From contig NW_003526941.1 of assembly GCF_000181795.1 (NCBI RefSeq), positions 954,618-998,540 of the forward strand: a stretch of 43,923 nt of DNA. Direction: 5' to 3'. This DNA comes from Trichinella spiralis. Its lineage: Eukaryota. This document shows, one piece after another, positions 24,601 to 39,136 of this stretch; position 1 is the stretch's first letter, and each line of letters starts with the position of its first letter. A model generated the notes under the pieces. That model worked only from the letters and a program-made list of their open reading frames with translations, did not search any database and had not been told where the DNA came from. Both the position numbers and the translations under genes were made by a program.

Positions 24601-27600
24601 TACATTTACAACAGAATAAAGTATAAAATAAGAAAATGCAAACAAATTATTCCAAACAATCCATACCTACGATTGCATCGTCAAATTGTACACCCTCTTC
24701 TAATTTTGAAGAATTCGGCTGACTAAGATCAATAATTCTTGGATCAAAGCAACTGCCATGCCTACTTTTCACCCGTTCGTAATACAGCTGACTGTCACAA
24801 GAACAGGGCAATTTGTTTTTCGTCGTTTTCTAATGTCGAAACAACAAAAAGAGAAACACTTGCATATATATAGAGAGAGAAGTTAAAATTTTACAGACAA
24901 CTAAACCACCATTTGATTAAAAATAAAAACAGTGCATACATTTTCCAAATTCATCACATTCGGCCTGTAAGGATAGTCAACATAAAAGTTGATGTTTGGA
25001 ATCATCTTCATGCGCATCCGACACGGACCTTCGGTGCTGTCCAACATGTACTTGTTCAATACGGACGGATTTTTCGGCCCCCAAAGGCCCCGTTCCCGTG
25101 TTAATTCTTGCTTCAGATTTGTCCATTCATCTAAGCACCACTTTTTCGTATGTTCGTGCCACTGAAGAAAAAGAAAACACAATAATCGCAATTGCAATTG
25201 CTCGTAAAGTACCAAACGAAGAGCAACAATTAAACAATGCATACTTGTAAATAACGCGTATATTGCAAATCGAACAGCTCATGAATTAATGTTACGTGAA
25301 CTTTCAACCACATCATGAATTCCTGTAAGAAAAGGGGGAAAAAACAGAAAACTAAACCAAAAAAACAATTTATTTGCAATTCGAATTCACCTGTTTCGAT
25401 ACAACCGTCTGACGTGCTGTGCCAGTGCTTTTGATGTTTTTCTTGCTTGCCAGACGCTGCAAACCGCCGGTTACCATGTGCAATTTCTGAAGCGAAAATT
25501 GGAAAGAATAGAAAAGAAATTATTTAAAATTTCCAACTGAATAAACAAGTTACCGACTGTAGCTGGATGTGAATTTGCAAAGCATCCTTGGCACCGTAAC
25601 AACCTTTCATCTCGTTGTCGACAAAGTTGAGCCACTGTTGACTGGCTGCGGCCGAGGCAAATGCCCGCGACGCGCCCACATCCGGCATTATAGTCACACC
25701 CAGTGTTTCTTCAAGCAGCTGCTTCTTCGCCAAAAAAAGTTCCTCCCAGACGCGTTTCGCGTTCGCCGAGACCAATTTGCGTCCGTCGTAAAGACGACGT
25801 TGTTCCATTTCTTCCTTTTCAGTTTCACTAAAACCAATTCACCAATAAACCACAAATAATTCATAATCCAATACTTGTTCAACTTGTGTTGTGGTTGTAA
25901 ACCGCCAACGTCTGACAGCATGAACAGCAAATGCGCCAAGCAGCAAAAAAACTCTGGTTCACCGTTAGCAGTGGAAAATAACAAAGCTCGATTTGCGGTA
26001 ATCTTTTGCAAGCATTCAACGACCGTACGCTGGGCTGAAATTCAATTTCAATTCCCGATGTTATCGTAAAATTTAAATAAAAACGTAGTATACTGCATGC
26101 AATCAACACAGTATCAGGCATACATATGAAATACTTGTGTGTCAAAAAATGCACAACAATCCTTAGATCGCTTAATACCTTTCATGTCGTCCAGTACGCG
26201 TGACAGCAGAAATAGAATACATCGATTCCAACTTGAATAAAGTGCATCCAACGGCACGCCCGGGCCAGACTTGCGCTTCACCTGAGCAAACAGCTTGAGA
26301 ATGAATTCAAACACGCTCTGCGGATCACCGTCGAACAAATCTGCAATCCGTGAAACAAACAATTTAAAAGAAAAAAGAAAAAAACTGAAATATGCAACAA
26401 ACAGCACAGCATACCATTCCAAAGGCAGTATACGACTTTTCCCGCAAAGTAAAAAATATTCGCAGCCAAGATGCTGTAATTGGTGCACGGAGCAGCGGGC
26501 GAAGACATCGGCACCCCAACACCTCGCGCCAGTACATCTGTCGCCTCCAATCGATCCATCGTGTTCAACAGAAAAGCTGTAACCAGTGGACGGAATTCTT
26601 CCACTGTGTTCGTATTTTGTTGAACAGGCTAAAATTAAAAAAAAAGAAAAAGATGAAAAAAATCATTTTGAAAAATTCCACTTCCACTTCAGTTGCCACA
26701 TACCCCTAGTAGAATATCAATGACAGATTCGTGCTTGTTGGGCTGGCCAGACAAAAAACCGTCGACAGCAATGCTTGACAACAGTTCGAGCACGTGACGA
26801 ACCGCCGGATGATTTGGCAAAGTCAATCGAACGGTCTCTTCTTCAATATTGTTCCTGCATTTGGAGTTTGGACGAAGGAGGGTGGAGGCCAGAGCGACGA
26901 CAAAGTCGGACGTCTGCGCATAATTGCTGAATTCGGAATTGTTCTGATAAAGGAATGCAACGAACTGAATCAACGTTACAGCATTCTGTTCGGAACATTC
27001 CGCTCTCGCAAATTCGTTCTAGAAAAGCGAATTAAACAACAACTATCACGCATAATAAAACATCAAAGAGAATAAAGCACACACAGCCAATCAATCGTAT
27101 GCAAAACTGTCGGTCTGTAGGGCTTTCATGAATGAATGAAAAAAACAATAAACGCATAACCGCGAACCGCATTTCACAGTGGAGAATACAAGAAACTTCT
27201 ACTTATAAAATGATTTACTTTTCAAATTCGCATCGGATTTCGTTACTGAAGCACTTATTGAAAAGTTTCCAAAATTAATTTTTAAACAACAAATAAATAA
27301 CAACCTTCAATCTTTTTTGCACAAAACCTGCCTCGCTGTAAAGAAAATTCAATTCGCACCAAATGCCCAAACCGTGGAAATATATTTGACCTTTCGATTA
27401 TTGACATTAAAATTTTATCAGTAAAGTAAAATTCGCATACAAATGCTGCAAAAATTTTACCTTCGTTACATGCTTAATGATTTAAATTTACCAATAAACA
27501 ACGTCAATGCACCTTCTTATTGATACAATGTGACACAAAATTTTGTAAAAAAAAAGCAAATAAAGTGAAAAAAAAATGAAATTCGAAAACCACCACTTAC

Positions 27601-30600
27601 CGAAGCAACGCAGGCACGAACCACGCTCAGCAGTGGCAACGAAGCTTCAGGGCACAAATCCAACTTACCCATGGCGCCGGTGACGACGGCCTGTTCGCCG
27701 GCGTTGTTGAATATCAACGACCAAATGCTTTCGACGTTTTGCGCGTGGGCTGTGGGCAAGTGGCGAGCCGAATGGCCGACGAGCAAAGACGCACAGGCGA
27801 TTTGAGTTTCGGCCAAACTGGCGTGGCCAGGCAGCAGATATTGCAAAGCGACAAAGCCGGCCAGGTTGCAAATTTCCAAATTCAAATCGCAAGACGAACC
27901 CACTGAACTGCCCCGTGCCGAAACGCTGAAGCCGAGCAAAACTCCGGCACGGTTCTGTACTACACTTTCGGCGTCGGTTAGCCAACCGCCGTTGCCGACG
28001 CCCTCTTTGAAGCGATTCAACAAAGTCGAATGTTTGGCAATTGTCAGCAATATCTGCAAACCGGCACGCACTGTACCTTTGTGATTCGAACCGTAAAACA
28101 AAGCTAATATCCAGTCGAAACCGAGCACTTTGCAAATTTGTTCACATAATCTGAAATAAACATTCATCAAATAGAAAAATAATCTACATAATACAAAAAC
28201 ACGGAACAATGTTTACTGGAAATTCAATTTGCCGCTCGTATTCAACAGCATGTTCAACAGAATATTTAAACATCGATTTCTTATGTATACTAAATAGGCG
28301 ATTCGCATCGTTGCCGCATCGACTTCCGCTTCCACATCTACATATCATCAGATAATAATATACATAACAATTACATATGCAAAAATTATAAATAAAAAAT
28401 ACTGACCTTCATTGAATAACAATGCCTGCAAATCTTGGATATCATTTGGAAGCGATTTCTCGATATTTGACGTCTCTTTGATTTGTAAAGTTGCAATGAT
28501 GAACTGACCAAATCTGTATACAAACTTGAATTTTTTAAAAAATTCAAACAAACAAACAAACAAACGAATTCACTTTAACAAAGATGTGTAGTCCGCAATT
28601 GGCTGCAAAATGGCAGAAATCAGGTTAAATATAACATCTTTTGTCGCTTTGAGAAGATGCGGCTGATAAGCTAACGTGTACAATAGTCGAGGCAACAGGC
28701 CAACGTGTCGCACAATTGCCAAATTCTCTTCATGACTGCTTAAGAAAAAACAACAAAATTAATTATTTAATTAACCTTTATTTATTCATAAATTACATAA
28801 CAATAATGTATATATACATAAAAGAAATAAACTGTAAAAGTTAATTCGAATTTTTTACCCGGATTCAGTGATCAATTGGTAAAAATGTTCATATAAAAGA
28901 CGCTGTAGATCAACCGAAGCATCGTTCCATACTTGCAAATCGCAAAACAAATCTTCAAAAGCTTGAGTATTCGGTATAACTACAGTCTCTCGAGTCACGT
29001 CCAAAGTGCCAACCATCGAAAAAAGCAAGTACAATACGTGAGTATTCAAAAATCGACTCTTCTCTTTTAACAACACAGTTAAAATCTATAAATCACAAAA
29101 CGAAATATAAAAATACCAAAAAAAACTTGCAAGTGTAAGAGAAAGGAAAAAAAATATACCAATACCTGATAGCCGTGAATCTTTTCCATTTCACTATTCA
29201 AAGCTCGGTTGGTTTTCAAAGCGAAAAACAACGCTTTGATGGCAGCGTACAAAGATTCAGTGTCATCGGCCATGGAAACCAAGCCGAGAACGCAGGCAAT
29301 ACCGCCGACTGTTTCCAACAGTTTGGCCGACGATTTCGCACAAAACGTCCTCATGCCGAGGTAGCCGACCAGAACCCCGCCCAACGTTCGCGCCGGACCA
29401 CCGAGATGTACGGTCGAATTGTGGATCAGACGAACCGGCGTGATGTTCTCGTGACTGGATATGCCAAGCAGTTTGCCAATAGCGCGACTGTCTTGCTTGT
29501 TGTAGATCTTCCTCAGACGAGCCAGCGTCATTGTCGACATGGCTGTCGCGTGCAAGCCGAACGAGACTCTCTCCTCGGTGACCAAACTGGCCATTGGACG
29601 ACCGAGAAACGACGACGGCGACTGGAAGCTGCCCGTGTAATGCGGACCAAGCTCGTAGGCTTGGCCGACAGCCTGGGATGACATGGCCTCTTCCACTAGG
29701 TAAGCGCCACTGAGGCGCCACAACAAGCTCGACTGTTTGCGAAACGGTCCCGGTGCGGTGCCGATCAACGCGTTCACCGTGCACGTCTGCGGCGTCGTCA
29801 ACGAACTGGCCACGGCTCCGGTGCCCATGGTCGGCCAATGGCTCACATACTGAATACGTTGGCTAGCTTTCTGCTGGCCGTTCACGTAAACAGTGACAGT
29901 ACTGCTTTTCAAAACCGACCGATTCAACACCACTGCCAAATGGTTCCACTGGCGATCTCGACGCAGTTCTTCGATGCCGAGCCGAACGAAACCGTCGGCA
30001 TTGCCGACATCTTTGTCCAAATCGGCTCCGGGCGTGTCAGTCTCATAAGTGGCAATTATGAGCGATCGATCGACTGGACTGATCTGCATCTGCAGGCACG
30101 CAATTTCAGAATTGCCTTGCAAAGTTGGCGGAGTGCTCGGTTCCAAAGAACGCGACTGATGATGGCACGGCTGACCGACGTGACTGTGACTCGACGCCAA
30201 CGTCCGGTATACAGTCAGCAGACGCAGCGGATGGGCGTCTGGACCGGATTCAGAAAACCGTTCCACGTAAACCCAGCACATGTAGGTGAGACCTGCCAGT
30301 GGTGGGAAAATTCGCTCGCCATTGCCAAGGCCACCGCGGTTCATCACCGCCCCATCTTGACTGTTACTATGCATCAGAGGCAAACCGCCGGTGACGAATC
30401 CAAAACCGACCGGTGCAATTGATGGCAAAAAGATGCAACCAAATCCTTCGATTGACATGTCAAATTCGACAAACGGCGGACTGGCGTTCAGCAGGCTCAA
30501 ACGCAAATCTTTGGGAGTCATCATCGAGACCAACGTTTTCACACGATTCAACGCGACCACGTTGCTTCCGGAAGGCTCGTCCGAATCCAGATCCGCACAA

Positions 30601-33600
30601 CACCACGGCTTGTCAAGGCGCAAAAAGCTGCGCAACTCGTTCGGCGTCATCCCCTGCGCGGCCAGGCGTTCCAAAATGTAATAGCACGGAGGCAGTAGAG
30701 GATGCTCTTCTTCAAAAAATACATCCGACACTGTGTCGAACAGCAGCCTTGGCAAGCCAACGCAACACATCACTTGCTGGTTTCGTTCGGTTCGTAAAAT
30801 CGACTTGACCATTTCAATGATGAAAAGTTGAACATTCAAAGTTTCCTGAACAAAAAGAAAAGAAAAAGAACCTTTACACATGATGTTAATTTTCAGAAAT
30901 GAATTTTGAATTAAAGCAACACGTCGTCGCACAAGAATTCACCATTCCGTGTTTACCATGGGATTGGGCTGTTCAACGTAAAGCAACAATTCAAACATGC
31001 ACATCACTGCACCAGTGTGCACTACAAATGCATTCTGGCCAATCAAAGATGCAAATCGATAACTGATCATGTTCGGCGAGTGAGCTGGCTGTTCTGACGA
31101 AAATTCAATCACTTTACCATTTCTAAAAAAGTCATTGAAACAAATCCTTTATAATAATAATAATAATAATAATTAAAATGCCTCTTTTCAAGTAATATTC
31201 ACCTGTCAGAACGATCAAAAGCCATGTCGTAGAGCAATCGCAGAATAGCGCAAATTACGACCACGTTTTCAGAAAGGTCTCCTTCAGGAAAAGATAATCT
31301 GAAAAAAAATATAAGAAAAAATAATAGCATAATATCGTTAGTTATTTTTTCTCTTAATTAAAATAATTTTATGCTAACTTTTCATCCGCAGCAACGTTAA
31401 AAATGTCGCATAAAGTGCTGAGAAAATCAACACGGAGTTCAGCTATGCCTTTTTTCACTGGAATAACGGAAAACGATCTCTTCTCAGAAAAACAACCCAA
31501 CAAATGCAAACTATCAGTAAGACTGTTAAATTTAACCTACAAAAATGTTCAACGATTAAAAATTAAATTTTTAATTAACAGCACATACCTCGTTTTGAAA
31601 GAACATCGCATTCGACGGTTCAAATCGCATGCTCATCGTAAGAACTTTAAATATATTTCTCAAATATGCAAAATTTTCAAAAAATGAATCTGAATAAAAA
31701 AATACAATAAAACTATACATAATTAAATTACGCAATGGACCAAAAGTACCATACCAGATTGTTGAAAGTCTTTCTTTAAATTTTTAAAAGTTCCACCCAT
31801 GTTCAGTATCAGTGATAAAAGATATACATAACCACCGACACGACGAAAGGCCATTCGAACACGGTGACTTTCCCGCAAAACAAACGACAAAAACTTAAAC
31901 ATTATTTAATTTTCAAAAATATCAACAACTGTCTAGTTTCAATTTCAAAATAGGCTCAGAGTGTGATTTAAATTTGCACAAGAGAAATTAATTCTAAAAT
32001 ACCTGAAGAACGTCTGATTTCAATGAAATTGGATTGTCAGTTGGCGAATGAAGTAAAGCCAAAACTCCAGCCAATTCATCTTCACCGCTTGGATTCATCA
32101 TAATGTGCTGCAAAAGCTTCAATGCGAGAGGTCGACAGCAATCATCTTCAACCATTGCAAAAACAGTCTTCGTACCACCAATTTCTCGAACAAGTACTAA
32201 AACACATGCATATCGTGCATACTAGCTCATAATTATTTGAACGAATATATTTTTGAAATATTTCACGCATTTAATTTGAAAAAACGAAATAAGATTACGA
32301 ATAACATCAAAATAAATACAAAATAGTAAAAGTATTAACTGAGTTGATGGCGCTCAAATGAATACATTCACCTACGCTAAACATAAAAATATATCAATTT
32401 CAAAGAGAAAAAACTGACGCATAACTTCATCATAGAAAAAAGTACATCTTTAACTGCTAATTGATCATATTATCATGTCAAAATTCAAAATCAACATGTA
32501 CCAGTTGCCAGACGAATGTTTAAATTCAATTTTGCAATTAAGATGCAGTTCATCTTCATAAATAAGAACAATTTTCACTCAAAATTGATACAAATTTGTG
32601 ATGTCAATGACAAGTTGACAAAACTCACCGTCCCGCAAAGCGCGACAACTGCGACAAAAGTCAGAGTGACAAAACTACAGTACACGTCACGTTCCCGCCA
32701 AAAAGAGACACAAAACATCAAACAGGAAATTTACCGTATTTCAATTTTTTAAAACTTGCAAATCTTAAACTGTCTGCTTGACCTACTTATATTTTCAACG
32801 CGCCAAAATTTAACAGAATAATTGGAAAAAAAATATTCCACAAAACAAACTCACCAACATTGGCATTGCACTGCTTGACCAAAAGACAGAGCGTGTTGAT
32901 TGTCAAAGTGAACGTATCCCAAAGCTGTTCATTCGGCTCTGCACAACAATTGAACTGAAGTTGAAATGAAAAGTGTATTTAAAATTGAAGACATCCTACC
33001 ATTTTCACTTTTCACGCTCGTGTAGACATTCTGCAAAACTGTAATAAAAACGTCCAACAAGCCCACTTCACGGAAAACATCTTTCACTGCGGGATTGTAG
33101 GTTAGAATTTTAAACAGAGAACCGAGAATCAAATGGATCGAAGCCATGTCTCTGAAAGGAAAAAAAAGAACAACAATTCAAGAGCACAATCCAAATAGAA
33201 TAAACCGCAATATAACTTGTTCATTTTCAACACTGGACCAATAGCAATGAATTCTTTCGATGGCAGATAATTCAATTGAAATACAACATATTCAATAAGA
33301 TCAAACAGTTTTCTCTGTAAAGAAATTAATCGTTAATTTAGCTGTAGAAAATTGTAAAAATTTTTGAATACAAACTTGAACTTTGAGACTTTTCGTCGAT
33401 AAAGTCTCCAAGAACTTGCCCAACGGACAACGGTTTTCCAAAATAAAATAATTGACAGGATCAGCAGTTAACATGCTGTACAAGACATCCAATATTGTGC
33501 AGCAAATGTAAGTCTGCCGACTGTGAATGAAAACTGTTTCCAACAATTCGAACGCCTTCATGTTACGAACGGTTCGTCCTGAAAGCACAACAGTTTCTTT

Positions 33601-36600
33601 TTTGCATCCAATACATTTTTTGCATTTCTTTTGATAAACGTCAATAAATGTAATTTCACATATTTTTACCTTCTCCAAGTGGTTGTGGCATGTGAAACGG
33701 TCGCGAAGTTTTCCACGGATTTTGCACTTCTGGTAATTTGATTTCATCACAGCCAGCAGAAACTACAGAATTGACCAAGAATAGTAAATTTCGTAAAGAA
33801 TCTTGTTCATTCTGCCTCTGCACATTTTCATATCTATAATAAAATTGTAAAAATAAAAAACTTTATATCAAAAAAAATTGCATTCGATTACTGTAGAACG
33901 AGATCGCCGAGGAATTTATACCCGTCCGCGTTTTCGAAATCGTCAAGCAATAAAGATGATACACTGGCAAAATCCTTCAAAATGCAAAGCAAGCAACAAA
34001 TCATCTCCACCATGTCAGGAATGGTTTCCTGAGTGCTGTGCTTCAAATTATCGACGAACAATTCGATACATTTGTGAGCTAAAAAAAAGAAAAGAAACAA
34101 CAATATTTTTTCTAGTTCAAACAATTTTTAGGCAAATTTGCTCACTGTGAATATAATTGATCAAAAGTAAAGAACGAACTCCAGACGAAATCGTCATCAG
34201 CAGTTCAGCTGAGCAATTTCTCCACGTATGATTAAATACCGGACACCACGAACTCACCCCACAAAAAAGTAATACCAAATCATCTTTTGAAGCCATTTGT
34301 TCAATGCCACGAGGATTTCTCAGCATTACAGTCATCGTCTTAAAAAAATATACATCAATTACAAAATGTGCGCCGCAAAAAATATAGCTACCTTCATCAA
34401 AGTTCCACGAAGAGTTCGTACTTGATCTTCATCTAATGGGCAAGTTTTGGGCAAATCGCAGAACAAATACAACGATTTAACGAGAGTTGACGGCAAGGAC
34501 GTTTTACAAGCCGATTCCACAATGCAGTTTTTGTTGCTGGATAGCAGAAACGACAACGAGTAAAGCATTGACCATCCGGAAACTTTTGTTTCTGAGCAAT
34601 CACTTGTCGGTTTCAAATAAGCAACAATTTCTACTGCTGCTTCAACTAAATAAATTGCACGTTTCTTTATTATTTAATTTATATTTCAAAACATTTCATA
34701 TTTATATTGTAAACAATAGAACTTGAATTAACAATTTAAAAAATAATGACACAAATGTTCACTTTCTCATTCATACTTGCATACTGTAGCCAAGTCTATT
34801 TTTTGAACAACAGAATACAAAAAAATCAATACACAGCGGAGATTAATAAAAAAAAGTCAATATAATTTTTTTGGCAATGAAGCAATAAAATTCACAGAAT
34901 GATGCTTTAAAAATTTGTCGCTTTATGAGCGTTAATTTTACTTGATTGTCCAATTTCACCAAAAGACGCTAATAATGAACATTATTATCTAAATAACAAA
35001 AAACATCATTTGTTGAAAAACACAAACATTCAATTCTGTTTTTAATTTCGACTGCATGGTGTGAATCAATTGAAATAATTATCTTAAAAAATTTCTTTGC
35101 AAATTAGGAAATTCAACAAAAGCAGCAGAAAAATAAAAGCCTATCCAACAGAGAAGAAGTAAAAGGTTTGTTTGATTAAGAGAGTATCGATCGTGCAAAT
35201 AAAGCTGAAGATGAACAAATTCAAACTTATATACATCAAATCATCGTTTGTCCTTGCACTGCCAAATGAAGAAAAACGTTCCAATGGCAAATGCTATTGC
35301 TTAATCTGCAACGGATCGATTTGTCAGAATGATGATATTCAAAAATCAACAATACTCTAAATCATATTCCGCAACCTCTTGCATAATCTGGAAGACTTGT
35401 GAGTAACTGGGAATTCTATACTTTATTATTTGATAAAAAAACAAATCGCACAAAACAAATGGTTAAATTTAATATTACTTTTATTACTTACTTTAATAAT
35501 AACAATCGTTAAGAATTATGCTGTTATGTAGTGAAAGAAAAAGCTCATTAATTTTCTATAGAAAATTGTACTTGATTTTAAAAATACTTTCGTTTAACAA
35601 TGCAACTTTAAACATCATGACGAACTGTTGACACCTTCTTGCTTTATGCAAATAATCTGTAATCGAATTGAAACTTTTTGCAATGAAATTTTCAATTTTC
35701 GCACAATCAACATTTTGCTTGATCGACAGTCTATGATATTTTTTATCATAAAATTTTTCGAACAAGTACTAAAGCACATTTCCATTCATGAAATATAATT
35801 CAACAAAAAACGTGTTTGTAATAATTAATTAATTGAAAACGAATGAATGCTACTTCGATTTCCACTTGCCAGCAAGCAAACAGCTTCCACAGACAGCGCT
35901 GTTTCCAAAGTCGTTAAAGGCAATGCTGATCAAGTAAGATAAATTTTGGAAATTCCTGACACAATCATCAAATGAGATCAATAAAAGACTTCCATACCCT
36001 TACTATGGAAATTTCACTGAAACATTTTAAAACTGTTTACATACATATTTATTTATCTATTTATATTTATTTTTGTACTAATTTCATTGAGTGAACGCTG
36101 CATAATATAAAGAATTGAAATGATAAACGAAATGCAAAAAAAAAAAACAATTTATAACTGACCTGTGCTTGGACACGCTGCCCGAATGCGAATCTCTTGG
36201 ACAAGAAAGTTGCTAATCAAAGAGACAAACTGTGCAGCTTCTTTAAAACGGTTTGTTATTTCCTCAACGGTGAACACTTTGCAAACCTAAACGAAATAAT
36301 TTTCGAAAAGTCAAAAGGATAATGCATATTATAAAAATATATATTTACATACACAACTTCAAGTAAGTTCTATATAAGTCATTTTAATTTATTTATATAA
36401 TAAATTAATTTTTATACAGAATGCCGATGATACATTTCATAATACAGTAAAAAATATACTAATATTTTACTTTCATAAAAAGCCGAATAACTGGATACAG
36501 CTTGCGATCGCGATCTTCTGAAGAATTTGCGCTACGCAAAAGTTCATTTAACACTTTTCGCAAATGCATCAACGTTAAAATGTGATCGCTTGACTTTTCA

Positions 36601-36728
36601 GAATCGGATGCATTGCATGTAGCACCGGATGTACTGGCATTCTTGTTTTCCGTTGTCGACGATGCACCATTGCACTGTGCTGATGTAGATTTTTCATTTG
36701 CACCAACCAAGCTGAACTTGCGAACCAT
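20806..36728 (-). CDS. WDFY3: WD repeat and FYVE domain-containing protein 3 (ALFY / Blue cheese), ~37 exons, roughly 3,500 aa
   Basis: The N-terminus MVRKF...ILTLMHLRKVLNEL...KLYPVIRLF resembles WDFY3. Traced exons include 36728-36471, 36286-36163, 34645-34392, 34338-34146, 34078-33892, 33833-33670, 33578-33376, 33314-33217, 33151-33000, 32196-32003, 30845-29166, 28150-27601, 25161-24940, 24555-24081, 23997-23408, 23348-21648, 21555-21270, 21203-21006 and 20929-20806 (TAA 20808-20806). Domain order is ARM-like, ConA-like, PH, BEACH, WD40, FYVE. Some small internal exon boundaries are approximate. Confidence 0.95.
21560..21603. repeat. (AAT)n microsatellite inside a WDFY3 intron
   Basis: About 14 AAT units within intron 21556-21647, immediately before the minus-strand acceptor. 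Confidence 0.9.
21648..23997 (-). CDS. WDFY3: WDFY3 PH-BEACH-WD40 exons (23997-23408 and 23348-21648)
   Basis: RRYLLQPIAIEVFS (PH); TQRWVRGEISNFQYLMHLNTLAGRSYNDLSQYPVFPWIL, YGTHYSSA, DVKELVPEFFY, WIDLIFGY and NFGQIPSQLF (BEACH); LYGHTEPV...SGSRDRTCIVWDL (WD40). Confidence 0.96.
29166..30845 (-). CDS. WDFY3: WDFY3 large internal exon (ConA-like/laminin-G region)
   Basis: RTERNQQVMC, RVKTLVSMMTP, PPFVEFDMSIEGFGCIFLPSIAP, GERIFPPLAGLTY and YELGPHYTGSFQ are WDFY3-like. Acceptor ttcag|GAA and donor CAG|GTATTG. Confidence 0.93.
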
Positions 36729-36791
36729 ATTCACAATGATTATGTTGATGCAGTTACAAACGTACGCAATTCAAAAGGTCGAGCGACGGAT

Positions 36792-36941
36792 CTGAAAAAA
36801 TCGACAGGATGAAAATAAAATTCACAAAACTTGACATATTTTAATGGGCAATTAGTCAAAAATGCACTACAAGTTGAAAAGCAAACAGAAACTGCATTAG
36901 CAAATCTATCTGAAACAGTCAACAAATCAATACCATCTCAC
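36792..36941 (-). other. Probable 5' UTR intron (or outron acceptor) of WDFY3
   Basis: Minus-strand donor CG|GTGAGA at 36941 and acceptor TTTTTTCAG| ending at 36792, 63 nt upstream of the ATG. Confidence 0.5.
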
Positions 36942-39136
36942 CGATTAGCTGGCGTTGGTGAAAAACAATAGAAGCTCAACTGCGCAACAGCATCGACAAT
37001 TCATGCTACATCTACCAACTCTAGCTGCACAACAACAATGATGACAACAATTTACCTATAACAACTTGAGCAGTTTATAGATATATCGCATATGGTTGAA
37101 ATCTGATTTATACTACAGTAAAATGAAAAGCAAGTAAAACCAAATCATAATCAACAATAAAAAATTAGTACAAAAAGTAAATTCAAAGTGAAAAGGAAGA
37201 ACAGTTTATTCGATTAAAAATCATTGTAGGAAATATAGTGACAATAAATAATGGACACATTAAAAATTTATAAAAATGTTACAAACATGCAATGATAAGA
37301 GAAAGCAGAATGTGAAGAAAGAATTTAAAACGTAATGCCTAATCTGATTGGTCAATTCCGATTTTTCATTCCGCCTTCAAACTGTGAAGCCCTTTTTAAC
37401 TGTCACTGTTTCGTATGAGCATTTGCCAGTTGTTCTCTTACGCTGCAGATACTGATCAGCGCATGTATTGTTCCATGCATACCAATCAATTTTTTCGTGC
37501 AATATTATGCAGTTATCATATTACATAATACTAAATAAATGATTGCATTATTTATGTATGATATTATATATGTATGATATAATTATATATGATATATATG
37601 ATAGATGATATCATACATATTACGATTCATCGTATGATGAAATTCTGATTATATAAGTAAGTATATTTTGCTGTCTTACAAAGTTTTGCATACCCACCTG
37701 TAGTGCAATGCTTCTTTAATGGCAATTGAATGGATGAAAAGTAGATTACGTTTTGTTTGAAAACATTGAATTGTTATGTCGTTAGTTGTAAATATCATAC
37801 GAAAAAAACCAGTGTTAAATTTGATTCTTGATTCATCATCAACTCCTACAATCCATCGACTATTTTATTTAATGAAACATTGTCTTCACTGTTTCTTTTA
37901 TTTACCCTTAGTAACGTCCGTTGTTTTTGCTTAGTTTTATTTCAATTCAAGCTTTCTGTACAAATAACAATATCAAAGCTTTCAGAGGCTCATTTGACCG
38001 CAGTCAGTGACATTTCTGATGGTTGACGGTTGATTTGTGTTTTCAATTCATATATAATAAAGGTTACTGTCTGTTTGGTCAAATGTAATGGTTACATTTT
38101 CAAATTTTTAAAATTTTTGAATTCGTCGTAATTACTGTAAAATTACTGGAGATTAGATATTGATACTCAGGTGTAATTTACATTTCAGGTGTCAGTTATT
38201 CAGCATTTTACTGATGTGCAGTAGTTAATGTTATCTTTTGTGTATGAAAAAATAGTAATATGCTGCAATATTTAAGAATAGAGACTGCATTTGAGATCAT
38301 TTCATGCACCATACCTAGTTGTAGATGAATAGCATTGGTATTCAATTGTCTTGCAATCAATTTGTCATTGCATTTTGTGATGAAGATGAAATGAGAGTTT
38401 CCTTAATGGGAAGTGTTTATATGTTTGTCAAAGTTACAATTAAAACTTTCTCCTCTCAAAAAGAGTTGCATTAAGTAAATAAAGAGCAATGAAAAATGTG
38501 CAGTAGCCATATTTATCGGCAGAAATGAATAAAATAAAAATTTGCATGGCGAGGTCGTTTGCTTTATTGACATAATGGAAATCATTTCAGTTTGAGGCCG
38601 TCCGTGGATGGGAGCTCANCGTTTTGATTGGAAAATGGACTGAAGGCAAGGCATAAACATCGAAGCCAAGACACTAGATTTTGCTTTTTATTCATTTTGG
38701 AATAATTTCTGAAAAATAAAAAATAAATTTTTCATTTCCAATACNAAATGAGCATTAACGATGACNAAGANGNACGNAATTTNAGTNTCAGTAAGTAGTA
38801 GNTTTTTTTCACTNTTTTTAAGTCTTAATCACTTAACAATATAATTGACAATCGATATTGAGCATAATTTCTCAATATATTCTCCATGAAGAATTCCCAA
38901 CATGATATTATAGGTGACTTAATAAACGCCAAATTTCCATACAATTAAGTTTGATTAAATGCACCCTGTACGCATCCTTTATCTGTTATTAAAATACAGT
39001 CTTTCGAAAATCACCTTTGCAGTAGCGAACATACACTTTCAATTGACCATAAGCAAGCTTTTGCCCGCAAATTGTTCACTTAAAATTAGCTTCATTTGAA
39101 CTATTTGGTTTTCTGACTTAAGAAAATTTTTCAGAA

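Noticed and set aside
21610..30808. Numerous plus-strand ORFs over WDFY3 and minus-strand ORFs over the FF and RRM genes
   Set aside because: Antisense shadows of GC-richer coding exons with no independent homology.
34646..36162. Open frames and splice-like signals inside WDFY3 intron 2 (e.g. 35556-35765, ~35850-35995) and a 16-bp match tcgaacaagtactaaa shared with ~32186
   Set aside because: WDFY3 homology is continuous across exon 2 to exon 3 without them, there is no coherent nested gene model, and a chance match is plausible in AT-rich DNA.
14131..36728. U12-type (GTATCCTT/ATATCCTT) introns
   Set aside because: All donors I traced are ordinary GT U2-type; no U12 consensus was seen.
37540..37640. 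Quasi-palindromic TATGAT-rich stretch upstream of WDFY3
   Set aside because: Low-complexity AT sequence; self-complementarity is expected by composition.
38962..38970. CACCCTGTA (TA+CAGGGTG on minus), resembling a Tc1/mariner terminus
   Set aside because: Only 9 bp; no partner inverted repeat or transposase is visible, and flanking sequence is low quality.
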